DNA of 34,265 bases, taken from IMG/VR virus record IMGVR_UViG_3300027808_000086, positions 1 to 34,265 of that record. One strand, given 5' to 3'. The stretch comes from a virus. Its lineage: Duplodnaviria > Caudoviricetes. Under the pieces are notes generated by a model. It did no database searches. It was given only the letters and a program-made list of their open reading frames with translations, and had not been told where the DNA came from. Positions 25,361 to 34,265 of the stretch are shown piece after piece. The first letter of the stretch is position 1; each line of letters begins with the position of its first letter. A program made the position numbers and the translations under genes.

Positions 25361-25792
25361 ATGATATTAAAAGAATTAGCTAAAAGTGATGTTAAATGGC
25401 GTGAAATGGCATACAACATTTGCCGTGATAAAACGTTGGCCGATGAGTTGGTACAAGATATGTATATTAAGTTACATAGCATAGATAAAACCGTAACCGA
25501 TGGTTATATTTTCGTTACGTTACGGTCAATCTTTTACGATGGAATTAGAAAGAGCAAAAAAGAAATACTGTTTGAAGATTTTGATAGGTTTGTAATAGAA
25601 GATGAGCCGTATATCGAAGAGCCACAACCCGACTACCAAGAACTAATAAAAGATTTAACTTGGTACGAAAAGACTACATTTGAATTATCAACTTTAGTAG
25701 GACAAAGAGAGTTAGCAAGACAAACAGGCATACATTTACAAACTATACACCGAGTAGCGAAAACAGTTAAAAATAAATTAAAAAATAAATAA
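25361..25792 (+). CDS. Phage ECF-like sigma factor
   Basis: Region 2-like A..I....LADELVQDMYIKL...Y....LRS.F.D and C-terminal HTH RELARQTGI..QTI; ATG 25361 preferred over TTG 25355. Confidence 0.75.
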   Translation: MILKELAKSDVKWREMAYNICRDKTLADELVQDMYIKLHSIDKTVTDGYIFVTLRSIFYDGIRKSKKEILFEDFDRFVIEDEPYIEEPQPDYQELIKDLTWYEKTTFELSTLVGQRELARQTGIHLQTIHRVAKTVKNKLKNK

Positions 25793-25793
25793 A

Positions 25794-25982
25794 ATGGCAG
25801 TATTAAAAGGGGAGTTTAAATGTGTTAAATTTGAATATGAACCACATAATCAAACTGAAGATGAAGGTTCTGGAATTTTAATAATAAAATTATCAAACGG
25901 GGTAGAAAGTACCCATATTATAAAAAATTGGGGTTATTCGAGAATATTTCAATATATAGAATCAATGAGTAATTTAATTTAA
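25794..25982 (+). CDS. Hypothetical protein
   Basis: 62-aa ORF. Confidence 0.55.
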   Translation: MAVLKGEFKCVKFEYEPHNQTEDEGSGILIIKLSNGVESTHIIKNWGYSRIFQYIESMSNLI

Positions 25983-25996
25983 TTAAAATAAATAAG

Positions 25997-26368
25997 ATGG
26001 CAAAGAGAAAAAAAGAAATACAAGGGCTTGGAGACGTAATAGAAAACATTACTTCAGCAATTGGAATTGAAACGTGCGTAGGTTGCACCGAAAGAAAATT
26101 TACTTTAAATAGGTTGTTTAATTTTAAGAAACCTAAAAGCGAAATGAGCCAAGATGACAAAGATACTTTTGATAGTTTTTTAGAAACAATAGGGCACGAT
26201 GTTATTAATGGAAATAGAAGTAAATTAGACAATGAGCAAGTAGAATTTTTAAATGAGCTATACTTAAACTATTTTAATTTAGACTTAACAGAAACAACAA
26301 CATTTTCTAAAATTCACATTACTATTATTAAAGACTTAATAAAATTATCTAGCTATGGGGAGGTATAA
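25997..26368 (+). CDS. Hypothetical protein with GLGD...CxxC motif
   Basis: GLGDVIENIT..IGI..CVGC.ERK..LN; lies between sigma and terminase genes. Confidence 0.65.
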   Translation: MAKRKKEIQGLGDVIENITSAIGIETCVGCTERKFTLNRLFNFKKPKSEMSQDDKDTFDSFLETIGHDVINGNRSKLDNEQVEFLNELYLNYFNLDLTETTTFSKIHITIIKDLIKLSSYGEV

Positions 26369-26759
26369 ACTAATAGAAACACCTGAGCTACTTTGGGAGT
26401 ACTTTAAAGAGTATAAAAAAGCCACAAAGAGCAAACCTTACATTATAAAAGATTGGGTAGGTAAAGACTCAAACGAAGTATATAGAGAGAAAGAAAGACC
26501 ATTGACAATTGAAGGCTTCGAATGTTGGTTATTAGACAACGATATTATAGGCGATTTAAGCCACTATTTTGCAAATACTAATAACAAGTATGAAAATTAT
26601 TTAACTATCTGTTCACGGGTCAAGAAAGCGGTCAGACAAGACCAAATCGAGGGAGGTATGGCTGGAGTTTACAATCCAAGCATCACACAAAGATTAAATA
26701 GCTTGGTTGAGAAAGTTCAAACAGATATAAGCGTTACTAAATTTGAATTTGATGAGTAG
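26355..26759 (+). CDS. terS: Terminase small subunit (P22 gp3-like)
   Basis: TPE.LW..F.EY, RPLTIEG, G...G.YNPSITQRL; directly upstream of terL. Confidence 0.8.
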   Translation: MGRYKLIETPELLWEYFKEYKKATKSKPYIIKDWVGKDSNEVYREKERPLTIEGFECWLLDNDIIGDLSHYFANTNNKYENYLTICSRVKKAVRQDQIEGGMAGVYNPSITQRLNSLVEKVQTDISVTKFEFDE

Positions 26760-27945
26760 TGTAAAAGGATATAAACCGCATATAAATCAAAAAGTAATAC
26801 ACGATAGTATAAACAACGACCCGTATAAATATTATATCTTAAACATAGGTAGGCAGTTCGGAAAAACTATGTTAGGAATTAATCAAATGTTATATTGGGT
26901 TATTAATAACAAAGGTTGTAATATAGCGTGGGTAACACCAGTTTATAAGCAAGGTAAAAAAGTATTTGCGGAATTAGAAAAGGCTACTCGATTGAGTGGT
27001 CTTTTTGAGTTTAATCAAAGCGAACTAACAGTAAAAGGTTTTGGAAGTACTATATCTTTTTTCTCAGGTGAGAGACCCGATAATATTCGTGGTAATACAT
27101 TTGATTATTTAATAATAGATGAGACCGCATTTACACGTGAGGAACTTTGGAGTGAAGTTTTAAGTGCAACTGTATTGGTTAAGGGTAAAAAAGTTTTGTT
27201 TATATCTACACCCAAAGGTAAGAACCATTTTTATAAATTATCATTACAACCTAATTATGATAATAGATACAAGTACTTTCACTTTACTTCATACGACACA
27301 CCATTTATAAATGAATTGGATTTAGAAGAGCGTAAAAGAAGTTTACCAAGTCATATATTCAAACAGGAATATTTAGCTGAATTTTTAGATAATGCAAGTG
27401 GTTTATTCTCAAACGTTAGGGAGTGTATTAAAGAGCCTACAGACTCAACTAAATATCACGGTGGTTTAGATATTGGACGGGCGGATGATTACACTGTATT
27501 GACTATCATAAACGAACATAAACAAATAGTATTTATAGAACGTTGGAGACAAGATGAGTGGACCAGCATTATAAATAAAGTAGCAGCTAAAATAAATGAA
27601 TATAACGCAAGGGTATTTGTAGAGGTAAACAATCAGGGTGACGTATTTTATGAAATGTTAAAAAAGTTATGCGGACAAAAAGTATATCCTTTTGTAACTT
27701 CAAGTAAAAGTAAACCGATAATGATTGAAGAGTTGGCAGTTTGCTTTGAGCAAAAAGATATAAGTATATTAGATATTAATTGGCTTATAGATGAGTTAGA
27801 AGCATTTACTTACATATACAACCCAAACACTCGTAACGTTCAATACAGCGCACCTACAGGCGTACACGACGATAGTGTTATAAGTTTAGCATTAAGCATA
27901 CAGGCACATAAGCAATTAAGAGCGAGAGAAGTTAGAATAACATAA
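26743..27945 (+). CDS. terL: Terminase large subunit
   Basis: GRQFGKT Walker A, IRG...LIIDE Walker B, ISTPKG, QEY.AEF, GLDIG..DDYT, HDD nuclease motifs; true start may be ATG 26752. Confidence 0.95.
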   Translation: MNLMSSVKGYKPHINQKVIHDSINNDPYKYYILNIGRQFGKTMLGINQMLYWVINNKGCNIAWVTPVYKQGKKVFAELEKATRLSGLFEFNQSELTVKGFGSTISFFSGERPDNIRGNTFDYLIIDETAFTREELWSEVLSATVLVKGKKVLFISTPKGKNHFYKLSLQPNYDNRYKYFHFTSYDTPFINELDLEERKRSLPSHIFKQEYLAEFLDNASGLFSNVRECIKEPTDSTKYHGGLDIGRADDYTVLTIINEHKQIVFIERWRQDEWTSIINKVAAKINEYNARVFVEVNNQGDVFYEMLKKLCGQKVYPFVTSSKSKPIMIEELAVCFEQKDISILDINWLIDELEAFTYIYNPNTRNVQYSAPTGVHDDSVISLALSIQAHKQLRAREVRIT

Positions 27946-27966
27946 ACAAACATAAATTAAAACGTT
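27946..27966 (+). promoter_or_regulatory. Putative late promoter ACA-N14-CGTT
   Basis: ACA 27946-27948, CGTT 27963-27966, ATG 27975. Confidence 0.65.
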
Positions 27967-27974
27967 ATAAGATT

Positions 27975-28064
27975 ATGAAGATAATTGCAATTTTTAGTTT
28001 ATTCATTCCTTTATATTTTATTTTAGGATATGCAATAATAAAAATAATTTATAAAAACAAATAA
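27975..28064 (+). CDS. Small membrane peptide (29 aa, not in ORF track)
   Basis: MKIIAIFSLFIPLYFILGYAIIKIIYKNK; stop abuts ATG 28065. Confidence 0.55.
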   Translation: MKIIAIFSLFIPLYFILGYAIIKIIYKNK

Positions 28065-28757
28065 ATGAAAGTAATAATTCCAACAGAGCTAAAAGATATA
28101 AGATTGTCGCAGTACTTGAGATATGTTCAAGTGGTAAAAGATAACCCAGACGACGAGACTTTTATTTGTATTCAAATGGTATCTATATTTTGTAATTTAG
28201 ATGTAAAAGAAGTAATGACAATTCCAGTCAATGATTTTGCTGAAATAGTAGAAACGATTGCTAAAATGTTAGATAGTAAGCCTAAATTAGTTCACACGTT
28301 TAAACTAAATAAAATCGAATATGGTTTTATACCAAACTTTGATAAAATTAGCTTAGGAGAACACGCAACGATTGATACGCTACTTGGAGATACAGATAAT
28401 TTAGCATTATTAATGTCAGTTCTTTACAGACCAATAACAAAGAAAGCATTACCATTTTATTCGATTGAAACATACGATGGAGACGAAAGTAAATGCGAAC
28501 TATTCAAAGAGGTTACAATGGATGTTGTAAATGGTTCACTACTTTTTTTTTGGACTTTAAGCAAAGAATTATTGAGCAATATCCTTTGGCATTTGGAGAG
28601 CAAATCGAAGAGGGAGGGCGTGAATTTGGAGGAGGTTTTGGCGAAAGGTGGGGTTGGTATTGGGCATTTGTTAGACTTGCGAGAGAGCTTGGAATCAATG
28701 TACGAGAAGTTGGAAAAGAGCCTTTACACGAATCACTCACGTTACTATCTTTCTTAA
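28065..28757 (+). CDS. Tail assembly chaperone (frame-0 product)
   Basis: Contains slippery T TTT TTT at 28544-28550; overlapping -1 ORF extends to 28807. Confidence 0.65.
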   Translation: MKVIIPTELKDIRLSQYLRYVQVVKDNPDDETFICIQMVSIFCNLDVKEVMTIPVNDFAEIVETIAKMLDSKPKLVHTFKLNKIEYGFIPNFDKISLGEHATIDTLLGDTDNLALLMSVLYRPITKKALPFYSIETYDGDESKCELFKEVTMDVVNGSLLFFWTLSKELLSNILWHLESKSKREGVNLEEVLAKGGVGIGHLLDLRESLESMYEKLEKSLYTNHSRYYLS

Positions 28758-28807
28758 CTGACGAATCAAATGAAGAGCAAAAGAACATTAAAAAACATAT
28801 AAAATGA
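28550..28807 (+). CDS. -1 frameshift extension of tail assembly chaperone (GT-like)
   Basis: -1 frame reads ...DFKQRIIEQYP.AF...FGERWGWY... and ends ATGA-coupled to the next gene. Confidence 0.7.
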   Translation: MDFKQRIIEQYPLAFGEQIEEGGREFGGGFGERWGWYWAFVRLARELGINVREVGKEPLHESLTLLSFLTDESNEEQKNIKKHIK

Positions 28808-29265
28808 AAGCATTCTATAACGCAATAGATTACATTAAAACTACGCTTGAGAAAGCACCACTTTTAAATACAATAACACACGGTACGGATATAATCGATA
28901 ATACTAAAAAAAGCATTTTTCCATTAGCACATATAAACATATTAAGTTCAAACATTGGATCAGGTGAAGTTAAATTCACTTTTGAAGTTGCAGTAGTAGA
29001 TATAAGAAACGTATCTAAAATCAAAGTAGCTGACAAGTTTTTAGGCAATGATAATGAACTTGACAATCTAAACACGTGCCACGCTATATTAAATTTTATG
29101 ATAACTAATATGCGTTTGCAAAGAAATGAATTTGATATTGAATTATTAAACGAGCCTAACTTACAACCGATATTAATGGCATTTACTAATATGTTAGATG
29201 GATGGAAATGCGAGATTGAATTAAGTGTACCAAACAATCAAATAGAGGCTTGTAATGGATGCTAA
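28804..29265 (+). CDS. Tail terminator/completion protein (putative)
   Basis: FPLAHI, F.F.V.V.D and L.GW...I.L.V pattern; position in the tail module. Confidence 0.55.
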   Translation: MKAFYNAIDYIKTTLEKAPLLNTITHGTDIIDNTKKSIFPLAHINILSSNIGSGEVKFTFEVAVVDIRNVSKIKVADKFLGNDNELDNLNTCHAILNFMITNMRLQRNEFDIELLNEPNLQPILMAFTNMLDGWKCEIELSVPNNQIEACNGC

Positions 29266-29779
29266 ACTAACTGAACAAGCATTAGCTGAGTTCGGAAATT
29301 ACGTAATCGAAAGAGCCCAAGACAATCTTAAAAAGGGCGGGAAATACGGAACGCATAATGCAAGCGGTAATCTTTCACGGTCATTAACTTTCAAATCAAA
29401 AGTAAGTAAAAATTCAATTGCTTTTGATTTCTTTGCTGAGGACTATTGGAAAGAATTAGACTTCGGAACAAAGGGAAGTAAAAAGAGTACAAAAGCACCG
29501 AACAGCCCTTACAAAGCACACGCTGAAAGAGCAAAGATTGATAAATGGGTAGTTCGTAAAGGATTGCAAGGGGTACGAAATCCAAACGGTAAATTTACAG
29601 CACGAAAAATGATGGTAGCAAGTATTACAAAATCAATAAATGAAACAGGAACGCCTGAAACAAAATTCTTTAGAAGTGCATTTGATTTAGAATACAAGAA
29701 ATTTGATGAAACAATAGCTGAAAAATATGGTTTAGATTTAGAAACCTTTTTAAAATTCACATTAAAAGAAATAAAATGA
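29255..29779 (+). CDS. Tail completion / neck protein (HK97 gp10-like)
   Basis: Basic; ASGNLSRSL, Y...DFGT and G.P.TKFF motifs. Confidence 0.6.
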   Translation: MDAKLTEQALAEFGNYVIERAQDNLKKGGKYGTHNASGNLSRSLTFKSKVSKNSIAFDFFAEDYWKELDFGTKGSKKSTKAPNSPYKAHAERAKIDKWVVRKGLQGVRNPNGKFTARKMMVASITKSINETGTPETKFFRSAFDLEYKKFDETIAEKYGLDLETFLKFTLKEIK

Positions 29780-30840
29780 ATATAGTACAAGTTAGAAGTC
29801 CGTTTAAAATAGTTATAAATCAAGGTGGGCAGTTATTTACACAAGTGAAATTATACATTTGGAATAAAGGAAATACAGAGCCAATAATACCAACTTATAC
29901 ATTTAGTAAAGCCGTGCCAAGTTTAGCAAATAGGGAATGCGTGTTTAATATTTCAAATCAGTTGCAAGAATTTGTAAATCCTATTGCTGCTGAAACAGTT
30001 ACTGCAATTACAGAAGAAAATCCAAAAAGTTGGTGTTTTTTTAAAGTTGAAAGATATACTGGCACAGATGCAAAAGATTTAGCATTATTAGATACTACAA
30101 ATTATATTGGCTTAAATGGATTTACGCAGTATATGGATGGAAATCAAGGAGGAGAAACCGCAAATTATAAAACATTAGTAAATGTAAATGATTTATATAC
30201 TGATAATAATAAGGCTTATTTTAATTTGCTAATTGATGCAGATGTCGTTAATTATTCTTTATTATATAGTGCTTACGATTACGAATATATTATTAATGAT
30301 TATTTTACTGGAATTGTTTTATTAAAAATACCTTTTATATTAGAAGCACTTGAACCTTCGTTATACAATCAATTTAATATAACATTAGTTGATCCAAGTA
30401 TTGAAAAGGGTGATTTATTTAGAATTACTTCTATTCCAACCGAAGAATGTAAATATACGCCAGTAACTTGCACCTTTCAAAATTCATTAGGAGGTTGGCA
30501 GTATTTAACGTTCTTTAAAGCACAAACTAATAGCATAACTGTAAAAGGTTCGGAATTTAATTTACTTCCAAATGATACCGATTACAATCCATTAAGAGGT
30601 CAAACAAAAGTATTTAATTTAAACGGAAATCAATCTGTAAAATTAAACACTGGATGGGTAGATGAAAGTTATAATATATTAATACGTGATTTATTATTAA
30701 GTGAAACTGTTTTAATTGATGATAAACCCGCAATGGTTAAGAGCAAAAGCCAAACTTATAAAACACAATTAAAAGATAAAATGATTAATTACGAAATAGA
30801 ATTTGATTATGCTTTTGACTTAATAAATAATGTAGTATGA
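29776..30840 (+). CDS. Distal tail / baseplate protein (putative)
   Basis: F.NSLGGW..L.F, LNTGWV.E and LLLSE.V in the C-terminal part; tail module. Confidence 0.55.
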   Translation: MNIVQVRSPFKIVINQGGQLFTQVKLYIWNKGNTEPIIPTYTFSKAVPSLANRECVFNISNQLQEFVNPIAAETVTAITEENPKSWCFFKVERYTGTDAKDLALLDTTNYIGLNGFTQYMDGNQGGETANYKTLVNVNDLYTDNNKAYFNLLIDADVVNYSLLYSAYDYEYIINDYFTGIVLLKIPFILEALEPSLYNQFNITLVDPSIEKGDLFRITSIPTEECKYTPVTCTFQNSLGGWQYLTFFKAQTNSITVKGSEFNLLPNDTDYNPLRGQTKVFNLNGNQSVKLNTGWVDESYNILIRDLLLSETVLIDDKPAMVKSKSQTYKTQLKDKMINYEIEFDYAFDLINNVV

Positions 30841-33395
30841 TAAATGTAGGATTGTTTGTAAAAAAAGAAAAGGTATTTGAAAGTGGTGTTAATAGCTATA
30901 CTGAAAACAATTATATTGTTGATGATACTAAAGTTTGGATAGAGCAACAATGGGTAAATTATTATATTAGAATTATTGAAGGAACTGGAAAAGGATATTT
31001 TTTTAAATGCACATATAGTGGTGAAAATATATTATTCTTTGACCCGCTTCCATTTACATTAGATATTACATCACAATATGAAATATACACGCAAGTAAGC
31101 GAACGTGTTGAATTATTCCAAGATGAAAAAATAAGCGTTACAAGTTCTATTCAAAATTCAAATGATATAGGTAAATTGTTTACTGACTATTCTCAAAGTT
31201 TTACAGTTCCAGCTTCTAAGCATAATAACGCATTATTCTCACATTGGTATGAAAGCGATGTAGATAATGGATATGATCACAGAAAGCGTTACGATGCTTA
31301 TATCGAATTAGATACATTGACTTTTAAAGTTGGAAATGTACAATTAGAAAAAGCAAATAAAAAGAACGGATATATTGAAAGTTATAGCATTACTTTTTAT
31401 GGAAATTTAACACAATTAAAAGACAAATTTAAAGATATTAAATTAAGGGATTTACCAACGGGTATAGATGCTGATTATTGGGAAACTGATAATTTTTGGG
31501 GAATATTCAATCATACCTATAATTCAACAGAAGTTAAGGGCAGAATAATGTCGGGAGCTGGGAATGTGCTATATCCGTTAATAGGTTCACAAAAAAAATA
31601 CTATTATAAAAATGGCGTGGCTTTAGAAGATATAACTTTAGCAACTGCCCCAATAGTATGGAATGAATTGTTCCCAACTGTTCCTATGACTTCAATTTTA
31701 TATATTATTCAACAATGTTTTAAAATTACTTTTACGGGTTCATTTTTTGATTTAGACCAATGGACAAAATTACATTTATATTTAAAAAACGCTGAAAAAT
31801 TAAAAGTAAATACTTTAGCAATAATTATTAAACCAGATTCAATAAGTGGAAGTTTTCCAGAATGGAATCCAACCACTGGTTTATTAACAACAAATTGGAC
31901 TTATACAACGGGAACTCCTACGGGTTTATATAGACGAATTAACGTAACTATTACACCTACTAATACAGCGATACCATATACTATATATATATATAAAAAC
32001 AGTTCTTTATTTTCAACATTACAAGGTTTAGGAAATAGGATGTATTTAGTTGACCAACACTACAAATCAGAAGAACCAAACGATAGTATTTATGAAATTA
32101 AAGTTTCATTTGATGCTCCAAATACCTACACTTCTAAAATATGGTATGATAGATTTTTAAACGGTAGTTTCTTTTCACGAGCAAGTGCAACAAATTCTTC
32201 GTCACAATCAACTGTTTCAACAATAGAATTGGAAAATTACGTGCCAGATATTACTATTTCAGATTTTATAACTGGAATTATTAAGGCGTTCAATCTTATG
32301 GTTATTCCTACTGGAATAGATACTTACGAATTTATACCATTAGAAATGTTTTATAATTCTGGTAAGATTACAGATATAACTAAATATGTTGATGCAAAGG
32401 AATTGGATATTAACAGACCGAAATTATTTAAGGCTATTAATTTTCAATATGAAAAGAGCACGAATATACTTAACAACGCATATAAAGGCATTTATAACAC
32501 TGAATACGGAGATTTAATTTATAACGCTACAAATGCAAACGAAAGTTCTAATTATGATATTAAACTACCATTTGAGAATGTTATGTTTGAAAGAACAGTA
32601 GGCGAAAATTTTGAAACTGCATCGATAATTGATAAGGATTTAAAGCCTTATATTCCAAAGCCTATGTTAATTTATTGCAATGGAATTAGCGAAGTTTCAG
32701 ATGCTATAAGAATGACAACAGAAACAACTGAAACTACATTTACAAATTATACAAGATTTTCAAATGAGTATAATAGTTTGCCAACAGATGCAACGTTATC
32801 GCAATTGATGACAATGAATTTTAACAACGAGCAATCGCCTTGGTATAACGTAATAGCACCTCAAGGATTGTATTATAGGCATTATTCAAATTACATTGAT
32901 AATCTTTATAATATTAAAACAAGAAACATAAAAGTAAAAGCTATTTTACCACCAAGTTTATTATCAAAAGAATACGGAATTGCTTTAAACGATAGGCTTG
33001 TAATAAGTGGTAAAAGATATATTATTAATTCTTTTACAACAGATTTAACCACTGGAGAAACAAACTTCGATTTAATTTCAGATTATCGAAATATAGATGC
33101 ACGTTCAACGGTTGGTTATAGGTTTGCAAATATGAGCCAAGTACAAACAGACCGAACAGCACAAACAGTTGAACTAATAATTTATAAAAATGATTATGAC
33201 AGTTTTAATATTAAAGGTGCTGAAAACTATTTAACTTATACAACGAGCACTGATAACGTTACAGATTTAGAATTAGTAGTAACTATACCATACAATAGTG
33301 GAGTAGATAGAACCGATAGAATAGGCATTGAATATTTAAGAAATGGAGCAATAGAAACAACGGAATACATAACATTTTTACAAACTCAAATATGA
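30837..33395 (+). CDS. Tail hub / tip protein (852 aa)
   Basis: YSQSFTVPAS..NN..F, YPLI, PDI.I.DF..GI.K.FNL and L.D.....G..Y.IN pattern; largest tail gene. Confidence 0.6.
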   Translation: MINVGLFVKKEKVFESGVNSYTENNYIVDDTKVWIEQQWVNYYIRIIEGTGKGYFFKCTYSGENILFFDPLPFTLDITSQYEIYTQVSERVELFQDEKISVTSSIQNSNDIGKLFTDYSQSFTVPASKHNNALFSHWYESDVDNGYDHRKRYDAYIELDTLTFKVGNVQLEKANKKNGYIESYSITFYGNLTQLKDKFKDIKLRDLPTGIDADYWETDNFWGIFNHTYNSTEVKGRIMSGAGNVLYPLIGSQKKYYYKNGVALEDITLATAPIVWNELFPTVPMTSILYIIQQCFKITFTGSFFDLDQWTKLHLYLKNAEKLKVNTLAIIIKPDSISGSFPEWNPTTGLLTTNWTYTTGTPTGLYRRINVTITPTNTAIPYTIYIYKNSSLFSTLQGLGNRMYLVDQHYKSEEPNDSIYEIKVSFDAPNTYTSKIWYDRFLNGSFFSRASATNSSSQSTVSTIELENYVPDITISDFITGIIKAFNLMVIPTGIDTYEFIPLEMFYNSGKITDITKYVDAKELDINRPKLFKAINFQYEKSTNILNNAYKGIYNTEYGDLIYNATNANESSNYDIKLPFENVMFERTVGENFETASIIDKDLKPYIPKPMLIYCNGISEVSDAIRMTTETTETTFTNYTRFSNEYNSLPTDATLSQLMTMNFNNEQSPWYNVIAPQGLYYRHYSNYIDNLYNIKTRNIKVKAILPPSLLSKEYGIALNDRLVISGKRYIINSFTTDLTTGETNFDLISDYRNIDARSTVGYRFANMSQVQTDRTAQTVELIIYKNDYDSFNIKGAENYLTYTTSTDNVTDLELVVTIPYNSGVDRTDRIGIEYLRNGAIETTEYITFLQTQI

Positions 33396-33538
33396 TACAA
33401 CACATAATGGAAATGCTAAAGTTAGCAGAGCAATACGAGCACAATGAAATAATAGCAATTGCAAAAGGAAAATATGAATATCCTAAATCAAACTATCAAC
33501 TTTTTAAGAAGTTATTAAAAATAAAATTAAATAAATAA
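33392..33538 (+). CDS. Small protein preceding tape measure (48 aa, not in ORF track)
   Basis: MIQHIMEMLKL...EIIAIAKGKY...; ATGA-coupled; its 3' part recurs at 1..119. Confidence 0.6.
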   Translation: MIQHIMEMLKLAEQYEHNEIIAIAKGKYEYPKSNYQLFKKLLKIKLNK

Positions 33539-34265
33539 GATATGGCTATTGAGAAAGTAATAGATTTACAAATAAAAAGCAATGCAGACCAAGCTGAAAA
33601 ATCGGTTGGAAGTTTAAAAAGCCAATTAAGAGAAGCACAGGCTGAGGTTGCTACATTATCCGACAAGTTTGGAGCAACTTCACGAGAAGCGATTGAAGCA
33701 GCTAAAAAAGCGGGAGAGCTTAAAGATAGGATAGGGGATGCAAAAGCATTGACCGAAGCATTTAATCCAGACGCTAAATTCAAGGCTTTAAGTAGTTCAT
33801 TAAGCGGTGTAGCTGGTGGATTTGCAGCGGTGCAAGGTGGTATGGCTTTATTTGGTAGTCAATCTGAGGATGTAGAAAAGACTTTATTAAAAGTACAATC
33901 CGCAATGGCACTTTCGCAAGGTTTACAATCGATTGGCGAAAGCGTAGATTCATTTAAGCAATTAGGAGCTGTTTTAAAAAGCACTTCCGTAGTTCAAAAG
34001 GTAATGACAGCCGCAACAGCAGCTTATACATTTGTTACTGAAGCATCAACAGCGGGTTTAAAACTATTCAGATTGGCTTTAATTGGTACGGGCGTAGGTG
34101 CTTTAGTAGTTGGAGTTGGTTTATTAATTGCTAATTTCGATAAGGTTAAAAAAGTAATAATGAACCTTATACCTGGTTTAGCTTCGGTTGGAGAATTTAT
34201 AGGTGGTATTGTAGATTCAGTTACTGACTTCGTAGGTGCAACTTCCGATGCTACAAGAGCCGTTG
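33420..34265. repeat. Right copy of imperfect terminal direct repeat
   Basis: 846 bp versus 837 bp at the left end. Confidence 0.95.
33542..34265 (+). CDS. Tape measure protein, second allele, truncated by window end
   Basis: MAIEKVIDLQIKSNADQAEKSVGSLK...; open to the window edge. Confidence 0.8.
   Translation, partial: MAIEKVIDLQIKSNADQAEKSVGSLKSQLREAQAEVATLSDKFGATSREAIEAAKKAGELKDRIGDAKALTEAFNPDAKFKALSSSLSGVAGGFAAVQGGMALFGSQSEDVEKTLLKVQSAMALSQGLQSIGESVDSFKQLGAVLKSTSVVQKVMTAATAAYTFVTEASTAGLKLFRLALIGTGVGALVVGVGLLIANFDKVKKVIMNLIPGLASVGEFIGGIVDSVTDFVGATSDATRAV

Noticed and set aside
28493-28549. Independent start for the -1 frame ORF at 28493
   Set aside because: The slippery site downstream explains the ORF better; the upstream part looks like an incidental open frame.
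77-33783. Minus-strand ORFs in the track (e.g. 77..355, 997..1470, 2985..3269, 28830..29237, 33496..33783)
   Set aside because: All are antisense shadows of well-supported + strand genes, with no motifs or start context.
1-34265. CRISPR array, IS element, integrase/lysogeny module or stop-codon recoding
   Set aside because: No regularly spaced repeats, transposase or recombinase recognised; genes are intact and tightly coupled under the standard code.

Overview
An essentially complete, AT-rich tailed-phage genome (siphovirus-like, unit length about 33,419 bp). The window ends overlap: 1..837 recurs, diverged, at 33420..34265. All credible genes are on the + strand. Promoters of the TAnnTTTG type and A-rich start regions without Shine-Dalgarno motifs point to a Bacteroidota host, probably Flavobacterium-like (inference). 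Modules: virion genes in a non-canonical order (terminase, tail chaperone with a -1 frameshift site, tail genes, tape measure, protease/scaffold, capsid, tail tube, portal, adaptor, fibre); lysis (two small membrane proteins, lysozyme, u-spanin-like lipoprotein); a metallophosphoesterase; a structured non-coding control region; and a long early region (two DNA methyltransferases, NinG, ERF, SSB-like protein, AAA helicase, nucleases, a phage sigma factor, many tiny paralogous ORFs). I recognise no integrase, DNA polymerase or primase. The most notable signals are non-coding: an integron attC-like hairpin with a gene cassette whose ORF starts inside the site; a kissing-loop/terminator switch followed by a pseudoknotted RNA candidate; a small RNA complementary to start-codon regions; a tRNA-like element lacking the anticodon arm; and ACA-N14-CGTT-N8-ATG motifs that look like leaderless late promoters. 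Functional calls come from motif recognition by eye; no searches were run.
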